DNA of 64,000 nt from Armatimonadota bacterium (lineage in GTDB: Bacteria > Armatimonadota > UBA5829), in contig JARYME010000003.1 in assembly GCA_029907315.1 (NCBI GenBank), positions 1,555-65,554 on the forward strand, read 5' to 3'. The position numbers and the translations under genes were made by a program. The notes below the pieces were generated by a model that did not search any database, was not told where the DNA came from, and saw nothing but the letters and a program-made list of their open reading frames with translations. Positions 1 through 9,739 of the stretch are shown here, piece after piece (position 1 is the first letter of the stretch; the number at the start of each line of letters is the position of its first letter).

Positions 1-20
1 AAATAATCGAAAGAATAGAA

Positions 21-3000
21 GTTTCAATCCTCACCGGTCCCGAAGGACCGGTGCAACTAGGCATAGTACATGCCTATCCACCCAGTTAGCGGTTTCAATC
101 CTCACCGGTCCCGAAGGACCGGTGCAACCTTTACATCTACTCTAGGAGCCGCATTGACTACTGTAGTTTCAATCCTCACCGGTCCCGAAGGACCGGTGCA
201 ACTCAATAGACGACGAGATAACTGAGCTTAAGCAAATAATGTTTCAATCCTCACCGGTCCCGAAGGACCGGTGCAACGTAATTTTCATGGACCTCTTGTG
301 GACTCCTAAGCTGTTTCAATCCTCACCGGTCCCGAAGGACCGGTGCAACGTAAACCGAAATTGGGCCCCTACAACCATTGCCTCTTTCCGTTTCAATCCT
401 CACCGGTCCCGAAGGACCGGTGCAACGGATTGAAACTTGAAAACGGAGGTTGGGCAAGGTGGTTTCAATCCTCACCGGTCCCGAAGGACCGGTGCAACAA
501 GTCCATGTTGGCTGCATCGGCATCCGTGCAGTCGTTTCAATCCTCACCGGTCCCGAAGGACCGGTGCAACATAGTAACCCTCCTCCTGCAGTACCGGCTC
601 AGCGTTTGTTTCAATCCTCACCGGTCCCGAAGGACCGGTGCAACATCCTACCACCCCCCTGCTCGGAGCGTTCACCGGCGGTGTTTCAATCCTCACCGGT
701 CCCGAAGGACCGGTGCAACCTTAGTGTCACTCCTCCTCCTCCTCCACCACCAGAAGTTTCAATCCTCACCGGTCCCGAAGGACCGGTGCAACGTCAGCTT
801 CGGCGCACCTGCTGCCGAGCTCGACTTGTTTCAATCCTCACCGGTCCCGAAGGACCGGTGCAACGCACCTCCTTGTTAGCTCCTAGTCTCGAGCACGACG
901 TTTCAATCCTCACCGGTCCCGAAGGACCGGTGCAACGTTCTTAGTTCCACCTTCACTACCGGTATTGTAGAAGTTTCAATCCTCACCGGTCCCGAAGGAC
1001 CGGTGCAACGACACATTGAATCCGTTTGTGCCCGGCGACGATACTGTTTCAATCCTCACCGGTCCCGAAGGACCGGTGCAACGACGAGTTGGTTGACAAC
1101 ATCGTCGACCAAATCTTGTTTCAATCCTCACCGGTCCCGAAGGACCGGTGCAACGATGCCAATCAGCTGCAACGCTAACTATTCGATCTGTTTCAATCCT
1201 CACCGGTCCCGAAGGACCGGTGCAACTAGGTATTTCTAATCTCATCACCCTCAAATGGGCAGGTTTCAATCCTCACCGGTCCCGAAGGACCGGTGCAACT
1301 CGTAGTAGTCCCATGTGCGCGGGTTCCATTCTGGAGTTTCAATCCTCACCGGTCCCGAAGGACCGGTGCAACGACCTTACCTTGTCAGAGACCGCAACAT
1401 TTACTACTGTTTCAATCCTCACCGGTCCCGAAGGACCGGTGCAACCGATTTAGCTTCCCAAATTTCATTCTCATTATGGACGTTTCAATCCTCACCGGTC
1501 CCGAAGGACCGGTGCAACTTTAGCTATGCCAATGGACTAGACGGAGCATGTGAGGTTTCAATCCTCACCGGTCCCGAAGGACCGGTGCAACCTACGCCTC
1601 ATAACGACGGGCGCAGAGGATTCTCCGGGTTTCAATCCTCACCGGTCCCGAAGGACCGGTGCAACACGTTATGGGGGTATTCTGATTATATTATACCATA
1701 CGTTTCAATCCTCACCGGTCCCGAAGGACCGGTGCAACTCGTTGCTAAATGTTATCGTAGCATTATTAACTTTTGTTTCAATCCTCACCGGTCCCGAAGG
1801 ACCGGTGCAACGTCCATATCGCGCCCTACGGCAGAATAGCTAATATCGTTTCAATCCTCACCGGTCCCGAAGGACCGGTGCAACCCTATAGGACGTCCTA
1901 CACTTTCGTCAATCATATAGAGTTTCAATCCTCACCGGTCCCGAAGGACCGGTGCAACTTTAGCTTGTCCTCCTGCTCGGCTAATATGTCCTGTTTCAAT
2001 CCTCACCGGTCCCGAAGGACCGGTGCAACGTAGACTATTACGAGTATCATCCCTTGGACGCAGTGTTTCAATCCTCACCGGTCCCGAAGGACCGGTGCAA
2101 CGGAGGGATCAATGATAGAAGTACAACTCAGCGCCTGTGTTTCAATCCTCACCGGTCCCGAAGGACCGGTGCAACACGGGGTCACATCATCCGGCATCAC
2201 CGATGCGGATAGTTTCAATCCTCACCGGTCCCGAAGGACCGGTGCAACGTCAGTTATACTGCCTAATACGGCTAGCAATACAGCCGTTTCAATCCTCACC
2301 GGTCCCGAAGGACCGGTGCAACCTAGAAATCGATGACCCCCGCAGTACACTGATAGTTGTTTCAATCCTCACCGGTCCCGAAGGACCGGTGCAACGACGG
2401 GGTCACATCCTCTGGCATCACCGACGCCGAGCGTTTCAATCCTCACCGGTCCCGAAGGACCGGTGCAACTAAGTTAGACATTAGAGCAGGGATTAGGTAG
2501 TAATGTTTCAATCCTCACCGGTCCCGAAGGACCGGTGCAACCTCGGGTGGCGTCAAGGAGTTTGTGAGCGGACTGACGGTTTCAATCCTCACCGGTCCCG
2601 AAGGACCGGTGCAACAGGCAGAGCTTGGTGTAAGTTTGAACTAGGAGAAGTTTCAATCCTCACCGGTCCCGAAGGACCGGTGCAACTCGCCAAAAGCGGG
2701 TCGATGGCGTGCTGCTGTACGAGTTTCAATCCTCACCGGTCCCGAAGGACCGGTGCAACTTTTGCGTGCCCAGGTAGAGCGACAGGTAATAAGAGCTGTT
2801 TCAATCCTCACCGGTCCCGAAGGACCGGTGCAACGAAGAGTCAAAGAAGAAGTATGGGAAGACATGCCCGAGTTTCAATCCTCACCGGTCCCGAAGGACC
2901 GGTGCAACCAGGAGCAAGACGAATCAGATATCCCTTTTCAAAGCGTTTCAATCCTCACCGGTCCCGAAGGACCGGTGCAACCTAGAAACTCTATTCTTCG

Positions 3001-4883
3001 CTTCCTCAGTTACACCACGTTTCAATCCTCACCGGTCCCGAAGGACCGGTGCAACGTGTATATGGATGCAAGTTGTTCGGAGACCAGAACGTTTCAATCC
3101 TCACCGGTCCCGAAGGACCGGTGCAACTATTCCCGAACATAAGAAATTACTTCGCTCTAAGAGTTTCAATCCTCACCGGTCCCGAAGGACCGGTGCAACC
3201 TTTACCCTACCGGTAACATCCAAGTCACCAGTATAGGTTTCAATCCTCACCGGTCCCGAAGGACCGGTGCAACCAGTTCAAGGCCATGCTTCAGCCTTAC
3301 ATAATAAGTTTCAATCCTCACCGGTCCCGAAGGACCGGTGCAACGTCTTTAATGGGTCATCAATCCTGTATATGACAATAGTTTCAATCCTCACCGGTCC
3401 CGAAGGACCGGTGCAACACCATAGCTGCTCTCAGCACTACTGCTTACGTATAGTTTCAATCCTCACCGGTCCCGAAGGACCGGTGCAACGACGGAGGACG
3501 GAGCGGATAGGCTCCACGAGTGGTGGTTTCAATCCTCACCGGTCCCGAAGGACCGGTGCAACTAGGCAGTCCACCTTAGACCAGTTGGCACTATGAGTAC
3601 GTTTCAATCCTCACCGGTCCCGAAGGACCGGTGCAACGCTCGATTTTGCAGCCGGTAATACAGCAGATCCTCGAGGTTTCAATCCTCACCGGTCCCGAAG
3701 GACCGGTGCAACACGCGGTAGACGACGAGCGCTGGGTAATACAAGGGGTTTCAATCCTCACCGGTCCCGAAGGACCGGTGCAACGATATCCAACACTGGA
3801 TGAGCTAGTCGACACCGTTGTGTTTCAATCCTCACCGGTCCCGAAGGACCGGTGCAACACGGAGGACGGAGCGGATAGGCTCCACGAGTGGTGGTTTCAA
3901 TCCTCACCGGTCCCGAAGGACCGGTGCAACGGTTTGAGCAGCCGTCTAACCTGGACGAACTAATAGGTTTCAATCCTCACCGGTCCCGAAGGACCGGTGC
4001 AACAGTCAGGGTATTTTGGCTTGCTTAGGACGTGTGAAGTTTCAATCCTCACCGGTCCCGAAGGACCGGTGCAACGCTTCAGACGCAACCGGAGGAAGAA
4101 TGGGACATCGGCGTTTCAATCCTCACCGGTCCCGAAGGACCGGTGCAACCTACGGGGGCGGATTGGTGGCGGTAGGCGTGGGCGGTTTCAATCCTCACCG
4201 GTCCCGAAGGACCGGTGCAACGCAGTTGGCGGAGTGGCTTGCTGTTGCTGCGCAACCGGTTTCAATCCTCACCGGTCCCGAAGGACCGGTGCAACGAGAG
4301 ATACCGGGGCTTATCCCTTACAGGGTAGATAGAGGTTTCAATCCTCACCGGTCCCGAAGGACCGGTGCAACCTCTTTCTTTTCTTCGAGCGCCCGCGCGA
4401 AGAGCGTCTGTTTCAATCCTCACCGGTCCCGAAGGACCGGTGCAACAAGTGCTTAGTTCCGGAGGGGATATCGATGGCAAAAGGTTTCAATCCTCACCGG
4501 TCCCGAAGGACCGGTGCAACGAGCTTAAAGCCGCGATACTCAGTCCCGAGGAAAAAGTTTCAATCCTCACCGGTCCCGAAGGACCGGTGCAACCCAACTA
4601 TGGTAACCGTGTTGTCGATAAGGGGGTCGGTTTCAATCCTCACCGGTCCCGAAGGACCGGTGCAACATTAATACAGGAGGTGCACTACGATGACACTAAC
4701 CGGTTTCAATCCTCACCGGTCCCGAAGGACCGGTGCAACCGGATTAGCGGTCGGATGGTATGAGCCTACTTACGTTTCAATCCTCACCGGTCCCGAAGGA
4801 CCGGTGCAACGATAACCATCCTGCCCAAGCTCAGGCGCATCGAACAGTTTCAATCCTCACCGGTCCCGAAGGACCGGTGCAAC
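21..4883 (-). CRISPR. CRISPR array. There are 67 identical 37-bp direct repeats (+strand GTTTCAATCCTCACCGGTCCCGAAGGACCGGTGCAAC) separated by 66 spacers of 34-38 bp. It is transcribed on the minus strand, where the repeat reads GTTGCACCGGTCCUUCGGGACCGGUGAGGAUUGAAAC. The array abuts the window start and may continue beyond it.
   Basis: Repeat starts were counted by eye at 21, 92, 166, 241 ... 4774, 4847, with a period of 71-75 bp and no degenerate copies seen. The minus-strand form ends in ATTGAAAC, the hallmark 3' end of type I-C repeats. The repeat contains a 9-bp stem (CACCGGUCC/GGACCGGUG) capped by a UUCG tetraloop and followed by an 11-nt 3' handle, AGGAUUGAAAC. The adjacent cas genes are on the same strand. 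Confidence 0.97.
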
Positions 4884-5066
4884 GGTCAACATTTGCACCC
4901 CCAAAGACCGAATTTGAGCTCAAATTGTAGGTGGTTACTCAGTAAAACCGCTATTCCTCGACGCTATCGATTGTCAATGTTCACTGATATTCACGCTCAG
5001 GAAACCCGCGAACTCTGCGCGGATCCCCTTCGTGGACCGCGATCGCCACCCTTCCGCGCCAGCGTG
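4884..5066 (-). promoter_or_regulatory. CRISPR leader lying between cas2 and the first (leader-proximal) repeat. It carries candidate minus-strand promoter elements (TTGACA at about 4973-4978 and TACAAT at about 4924-4929 on the minus strand) and a perfect 16-bp palindrome, AATTTGAGCTCAAATT, at 4911-4926.
   Basis: This is the AT-richer non-coding stretch between the cas2 stop and the array, the usual leader position. The hexamers and the palindrome were read directly from the sequence. Confidence 0.6.
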
Positions 5067-5363
5067 CTACACTATCAGCACATCCTGAAAATCGATGTAC
5101 TTGTCCACACCGTAGGTCTCCAAGTAATCTTCTCGCCGACCCTTCAGGTGATAGATGCGCAAGCTGTCCGTTTTCGGGTTGATGATGCTCTTCAACTTGG
5201 CGCGCAGCCGTTCCATCACGACTTCCGTGACGCTGCATTCAAACACGGAGTACTGCACTCTCTGTCCATAATTCTTGCAAGCCTTCGCCACGCGCGCCAA
5301 CCGCTTCTGACCTTCCCTGTCTTCCGTATTGACATCGTAACTGACCAATATATCCATGCGCAT
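5067..5363 (-). CDS. cas2: CRISPR-associated endoribonuclease Cas2
   Basis: The 98-aa product starts MRMDILVSYDVNTEDREGQKRLARVAKACKNYGQRVQYSVFEC and includes SLRIYHL, a classic Cas2 signature. It sits between cas1 and the leader. Confidence 0.93.
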   Translation of the reverse strand: MRMDILVSYDVNTEDREGQKRLARVAKACKNYGQRVQYSVFECSVTEVVMERLRAKLKSIINPKTDSLRIYHLKGRREDYLETYGVDKYIDFQDVLIV

Positions 5364-5428
5364 ATCAGCTCGACACCCTCCTCCATATTAAGCCAACGTC
5401 TGCCACACCTCTTCACCGCCCGCGACGC

Positions 5429-6475
5429 TCACCTCGGGTAATACGGAACATAATCTCTCAGATCGCCTCTCAAGTGCCTGGCAAGTATTCGTGCCTGCAG
5501 GTGTGGCACAAGACCGAGAGGCGTCTTCGATTTCAGCAGCGGATGCTCTACCTCTGTCTGTTTGCGCCTTTGATACGCCGCCAACACTATCTTTCGGCCC
5601 TCCTCGTTGAGCAGCACCGCATTGCCCGGCCGAACGTCAAAATGTTCGGGTTTGATCTGCTGCCTGTTTATGAGATTAAGAACCAAGCGGTCGGCAAGCA
5701 CAGGTCTGAACTCCTCCATCAGATCCAAACCGAGAGCCGGCCTGCCGGAACGAATCGAGTGAAGATATCCCAGCTGCGGATCTAAACCCACACCTTCCGC
5801 CGCTGCAACGCAGTCGCTTAGCAGAAGTGCATAGATAAAAGACAACAGAGCGTTTACTCGGTCGCGCGGAGGTCTACGATTCCGCGAAGCAAATTTGAAA
5901 TGCGTTCTTTGCGCAAGGATCATGAGGTCAAACGCCGCGAAATAATCCGCAGTCGCTTGACCCTCGTATCCGCGCACTTCGTCGACGTCCACTGTTCTCG
6001 AAAGCTCCATTAGATATCCGGCGATAGAATCGGCGGACCGCGTGAGTTCCGCTTTTTTATCTGCATCGGAAGTCTCTCGGGCAGCCCGCAGAAGCACCGA
6101 ACGCATATTGTGCATCTTGCCAGCAACGATACAGCGAGCTATTCGACCACATCTTTCTGGACTCGCATAGGCCTCGTACTGCTGAGCCCTTAGGAGCACA
6201 TTTCCTGAAACCGGACCAACAACTCTCGCCAAAAAGCGGCCGCTGAGACTCATAAAGGCCACAGTTCTACCCTCCGACGCACACCTCGCCATCAACTGGG
6301 GACTGAGCATCACGCTGCCAAAAACGATTATGGCTCCGAGATGGTGCAGCGGTGTTTGCAAGATGATGGTGCCGTCGCACTCCACTTTCACAGTTTCGCC
6401 TTCAAGACGCAAGTACGCCCCTTGAGTCTGAACGAACAACGTGTTGAGCAGTTCGCGAGCCATATTACTCAACAA
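5429..6475 (-). CDS. cas1: CRISPR-associated endonuclease Cas1 (type I-C)
   Basis: The product is 348 aa with Cas1-like sequence throughout. It lies between cas4 and cas2 and overlaps the cas4 stop by about 10 nt. Confidence 0.9.
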   Translation of the reverse strand: MLSNMARELLNTLFVQTQGAYLRLEGETVKVECDGTIILQTPLHHLGAIIVFGSVMLSPQLMARCASEGRTVAFMSLSGRFLARVVGPVSGNVLLRAQQYEAYASPERCGRIARCIVAGKMHNMRSVLLRAARETSDADKKAELTRSADSIAGYLMELSRTVDVDEVRGYEGQATADYFAAFDLMILAQRTHFKFASRNRRPPRDRVNALLSFIYALLLSDCVAAAEGVGLDPQLGYLHSIRSGRPALGLDLMEEFRPVLADRLVLNLINRQQIKPEHFDVRPGNAVLLNEEGRKIVLAAYQRRKQTEVEHPLLKSKTPLGLVPHLQARILARHLRGDLRDYVPYYPR

Positions 6476-7106
6476 CTTCTTTGTCGGACGCCTTGAAAAT
6501 GAGATCCTCGACGCTTATACCGCGCAGCCTGTTAACTTCTGACGGGAAGCAAACATGCACCAAAGAACAGTTGTGGCATCGAGCATCGTCGACAGGCGGC
6601 GGCACATCCTTATTTATAATCAGTGACCTCACCAGCTCTACGATCTCCAAAGTCTTGTTTCGAAGCTCTTGCGTGAACACCACTTCTCTGCGCTGATGTG
6701 AAGAACTGGAGTAGGTCGCGCCGCGCAAGACGGCGCGACCGAACATCTCCTCGAGACAAATCGCCTGTGCGCAAAGTTGGAATTCGGCGTGTCTCATTTT
6801 GTTCTTTGGAGTAACTTTGTACTCCACCGGCAGAATTGTGCCATCTGGGTGGATTTCGACTACGTCTGCCCTGCCGACCAAGCCATACTCGTCCGACCAG
6901 ATAGGCAGTGCGCGCTCTATCAGTACCTGCCCGTCCACGGTTTCGTCAGATTCGTCCGCGCGAGCATGGGCGAACGAACCTCGTAGTGTGAACTCGTTGT
7001 CCTCGTAAACACACTCGACGTAGATGAGCGCGCACTGCCGCGGGCAGTAGCTATAGTGCTCAACAGCTGAAACTGCTACGAGTTCTTCGTCGAGCCACTC
7101 TTTCAA
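6465..7106 (-). CDS. cas4: CRISPR-associated exonuclease Cas4 (RecB-like nuclease with an Fe-S cluster)
   Basis: The 213-aa product has an N-terminal YCPRQCALIYVE and a C-terminal Cys cluster, CHNCSLVHVC, giving the four-Cys Fe-S pattern of Cas4. Confidence 0.88.
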   Translation of the reverse strand: MKEWLDEELVAVSAVEHYSYCPRQCALIYVECVYEDNEFTLRGSFAHARADESDETVDGQVLIERALPIWSDEYGLVGRADVVEIHPDGTILPVEYKVTPKNKMRHAEFQLCAQAICLEEMFGRAVLRGATYSSSSHQRREVVFTQELRNKTLEIVELVRSLIINKDVPPPVDDARCHNCSLVHVCFPSEVNRLRGISVEDLIFKASDKEVVE

Positions 7107-7109
7107 TGT

Positions 7110-8036
7110 CTATCCCGCCAGCTTTGTTAAAGTTACTCCTTCAAACTCAGACAAAGGACCCTCCGGCGGCGTCTCGACCGAATAGTCGGCGAAGGATCTC
7201 GGAACCTCAACGCCCGGTATAGGTCTGACCCGCACAAGGTCGAACAACTTGTGCGCGGGAGCACGGCCTACGGCATTATCGTGGGTAAACACGTATAGGC
7301 CCCTAAGACTCATGAACCCACGCGATGCAGAGCGGTCGAGGTCCCACATATTGAGCAATGCCTCCCAAAAGACGGAGAGATCCTCAGGTGTGACCCCGGT
7401 ATCCTGCGCAAACTTAGGCGAGAAGAAGCCCTTTCCGAGATAGAGCCCATAAGGCAGCAGCGCCTTGCGTCCCATCTCGGTGACTTTTCCCCTACCTGCT
7501 TCCTCATTCTCACCAACAACTACGGCGGCATCTTCAGGCCTGGTTATGGCAACCCTGGTGATCGATACGTCAAGCGGTGTGATCGGAGTGACAGATCTCG
7601 CGAATGTGAACTGGACTGGACCCCTCACCTGACCGCAGTTTACTTCGGTAGTCATCACAGCACCGAACATGCGAATATCGTAGAAGTTGTTGCACATCCA
7701 CTGTCTTGCCTTTGTGACGTCGTCGCGTTTCTGCTTCGACCCTGTTGTCTGCAGCCCCAGCGCTTCGTAAGCGCGTTTGTGCATGTCGTTGAGAGCGATA
7801 CCCTTGTTCTGCACATAAATTTTGAACCTCTCGTCGGTACCTCGGGTCAGGTCGACGTAATCTCTGATCTTGCGCTTGATACAGACGTCGGTAACCAGAC
7901 CGTGCATGGTCTCCGGATCGACGCGGGGCATGTTGCCTGCGTCCGGATCTCCATTGGGATTTCCGTCCTGAACATCAAACAACAGCAAAAAGTCGTGGCG
8001 AAGTGATGGGTTGGTGATGAGATCGTTGAGTTTCAT
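7110..8036 (-). CDS. cas7: Type I-C Cascade backbone protein Cas7 (Csd2)
   Basis: The 308-aa product carries the Csd2 signature DVQDGNPNGDPDAGNMPRVDPETMHGLVTDVCIKRKIRDYV. Confidence 0.9.
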   Translation of the reverse strand: MKLNDLITNPSLRHDFLLLFDVQDGNPNGDPDAGNMPRVDPETMHGLVTDVCIKRKIRDYVDLTRGTDERFKIYVQNKGIALNDMHKRAYEALGLQTTGSKQKRDDVTKARQWMCNNFYDIRMFGAVMTTEVNCGQVRGPVQFTFARSVTPITPLDVSITRVAITRPEDAAVVVGENEEAGRGKVTEMGRKALLPYGLYLGKGFFSPKFAQDTGVTPEDLSVFWEALLNMWDLDRSASRGFMSLRGLYVFTHDNAVGRAPAHKLFDLVRVRPIPGVEVPRSFADYSVETPPEGPLSEFEGVTLTKLAG

Positions 8037-8449
8037 TGCTCTACCTCCTCAGCATTTGATTCCTCGAGTTCTTTGAGTTCTTTGATTGCTCTGGCATCGG
8101 CTCTGTCTTGTGCTTTCTGGTGATAGTAACCGAGTGAAAACAGAGCCTGTTCTTTTAGGTTGAGCGTCTTGGGAAAGTCGCCGAGGTCCTTGAGAATCTC
8201 TTGGACGCGGTTGTCGATAGCCACGTAGGCGCCGGGCTTGGTCTTACGAAGTTTGGACATATGGGCGACTTGGAAGTCGCGCAGCAAGTAACCGAAGACT
8301 GTTGCGGGCGCTGACGACGCCGCTCCATAGTAGCGGTCGACCAGCGTAGCCTTCGGGTTGGTGGCAAGCTTCTGCGCTGCTTCGAGCTCAGCCAGGAGCC
8401 TGCCGCACAAGTACCCTGGTGATTTGTAGTTTGGTTCGAGCCTTTCCAT
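8033..8449 (-). CDS. cas11c: Putative nested small subunit Cas11c, translated from an internal start within cas8c (C-terminal 138 aa, MERLEPNYKSPGYLCGRLL...).
   Basis: On the minus strand an internal ATG (complement of 8447-8449) is preceded by a strong Shine-Dalgarno sequence, GAGGAGGGG, about 3-5 nt upstream. This sequence is the complement of + strand aacccctcctc at 8451-8461. It is established that type I-C cas8c encodes Cas11c from an internal in-frame start. Confidence 0.55.
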   Translation of the reverse strand: MERLEPNYKSPGYLCGRLLAELEAAQKLATNPKATLVDRYYGAASSAPATVFGYLLRDFQVAHMSKLRKTKPGAYVAIDNRVQEILKDLGDFPKTLNLKEQALFSLGYYHQKAQDRADARAIKELKELEESNAEEVEQ

Positions 8450-9739
8450 AAACCCCTCCTCAAACGTTTGGATTTGTGATAGCAAAGCAGCTTTGATTAG
8501 AGCTGCTCTTGGACGCGTAATCTGCTGATCTGAGCGACTCCTTTGTAGTGCCTGCGCAAGGACCCAAGTAGGCAAAGGTTGGCCGCTGAGTGCACACCTG
8601 ACCAACGTGCGAGGCACATTCGCAGCCATCTGGTCGCCGCGAGCCTGACTGGGCTGCAGTGCCTTTGCCAAGCGCCAAATCCCCAGATACGAGTGCGGTT
8701 CGCTGCCGTCGGTCTCAACAATCCGTTGAAGCGCAAACCATTTGCTTAAGCTAGCTTGGACACTCGGAACGGTGGAATCCAGCCAGTCGCGTATAACGGT
8801 GCGACCGCCAGAACCTGAAAGTGAGAGCGAGTAGAATTGTTCTGGATTGAGGCCCTGCTGTTCGCGGCCGGACTCGTACGACTCGATGAGATTGCGCACA
8901 TCGTCTGGTTCAGGATTGTCCAATAGAAAGGCTGGACTGAAACCGGAATCCTCACTGGTCCAGAACACGAACACGACAGGGCCAACGTAGACATGGTGGC
9001 GCTCGTTCTTTAGCATATAGTTTACTCCCTGGGCGTAGTAGATCCCGCAGGTTCTACAAGTAGGCGCTATGAGCGCTTGGCTCAAACCGTACGACTCAAA
9101 GGCCTCTTTGTTGGCGCTCACAATTTGAGTGCCGGAGGTTTGCCCCCCTGGAATGCCTTTTATCGCTACAGGTGAGACGCGATCCACAGGACCGACTTTC
9201 CCGCACACTATACATTGCATCACTGGTGCATTTTCCTCGCAGCACTGCTCCGTCCAGAAGAGCCGCACCTCAGGCAGGTCAATGGGCCTCACGTCACCTA
9301 CTCTGAATGTCACGTTGTCCTCCTTGTTTATTTTCTCAATGTCTCCGCGAGGCACCGTTGACGGATTAGCGGCATAGGCTGCGAGAAATTTTGCCACTGC
9401 CTGAACCGCCGGATGTCCGGTTTTATCGGCACACTGCTTGACCAGCTCCCTAAATGACGCAAAATGTTTTGATTGGGCAGGTGATTCGGAGCCTAGACCC
9501 AGGACGTACTCCGCTTTATCAGCTATCAACAGCGGACGTATCGCGCTTGTTCTCTTGCATTCGGGAACTATCAACGTGAGCCCCCGGCGACTGTCAGCAC
9601 CGCTCGAAAGCGGCGTTGTACCACGGTAGTTCCCATCTTCATCAAGCTCAATCTGCCATTTAACCTCGCGAGGACCGTACATCGGCGGAGGAATCTCTGG
9701 GATCCGCTTGGCAAACTCACAAAGCTTCTGAAGTATCAC
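8033..9739 (-). CDS. cas8c: Type I-C large subunit Cas8c (Csd1)
   Basis: The 568-aa ORF lies between cas5d and cas7 with 4-nt overlaps on both sides. Its size and position are typical of Csd1. Confidence 0.85.
   Translation of the reverse strand: MILQKLCEFAKRIPEIPPPMYGPREVKWQIELDEDGNYRGTTPLSSGADSRRGLTLIVPECKRTSAIRPLLIADKAEYVLGLGSESPAQSKHFASFRELVKQCADKTGHPAVQAVAKFLAAYAANPSTVPRGDIEKINKEDNVTFRVGDVRPIDLPEVRLFWTEQCCEENAPVMQCIVCGKVGPVDRVSPVAIKGIPGGQTSGTQIVSANKEAFESYGLSQALIAPTCRTCGIYYAQGVNYMLKNERHHVYVGPVVFVFWTSEDSGFSPAFLLDNPEPDDVRNLIESYESGREQQGLNPEQFYSLSLSGSGGRTVIRDWLDSTVPSVQASLSKWFALQRIVETDGSEPHSYLGIWRLAKALQPSQARGDQMAANVPRTLVRCALSGQPLPTWVLAQALQRSRSDQQITRPRAALIKAALLSQIQTFEEGFMERLEPNYKSPGYLCGRLLAELEAAQKLATNPKATLVDRYYGAASSAPATVFGYLLRDFQVAHMSKLRKTKPGAYVAIDNRVQEILKDLGDFPKTLNLKEQALFSLGYYHQKAQDRADARAIKELKELEESNAEEVEQ

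Noticed and set aside
239-4763. Dozens of ORFs of 60-180 aa predicted across the CRISPR array, with recurring peptides FQSSPVPKDRCN, VSILTGPEGPVQ and FNPHRSRRTGAT
   Set aside because: They are translations of the 37-bp repeat in three frames joined through stop-free spacers. Their periodicity equals the repeat period, so they are not genes.
5474-5785. Antisense ORFs overlapping cas1, cas8c, cas3, groEL, amtB and others (for example 5474-5785, 8155-8463, 16278-16961, 52463-52797)
   Set aside because: They lie fully inside well-supported conserved genes on the opposite strand or in other frames, and are typical high-GC spurious ORFs.
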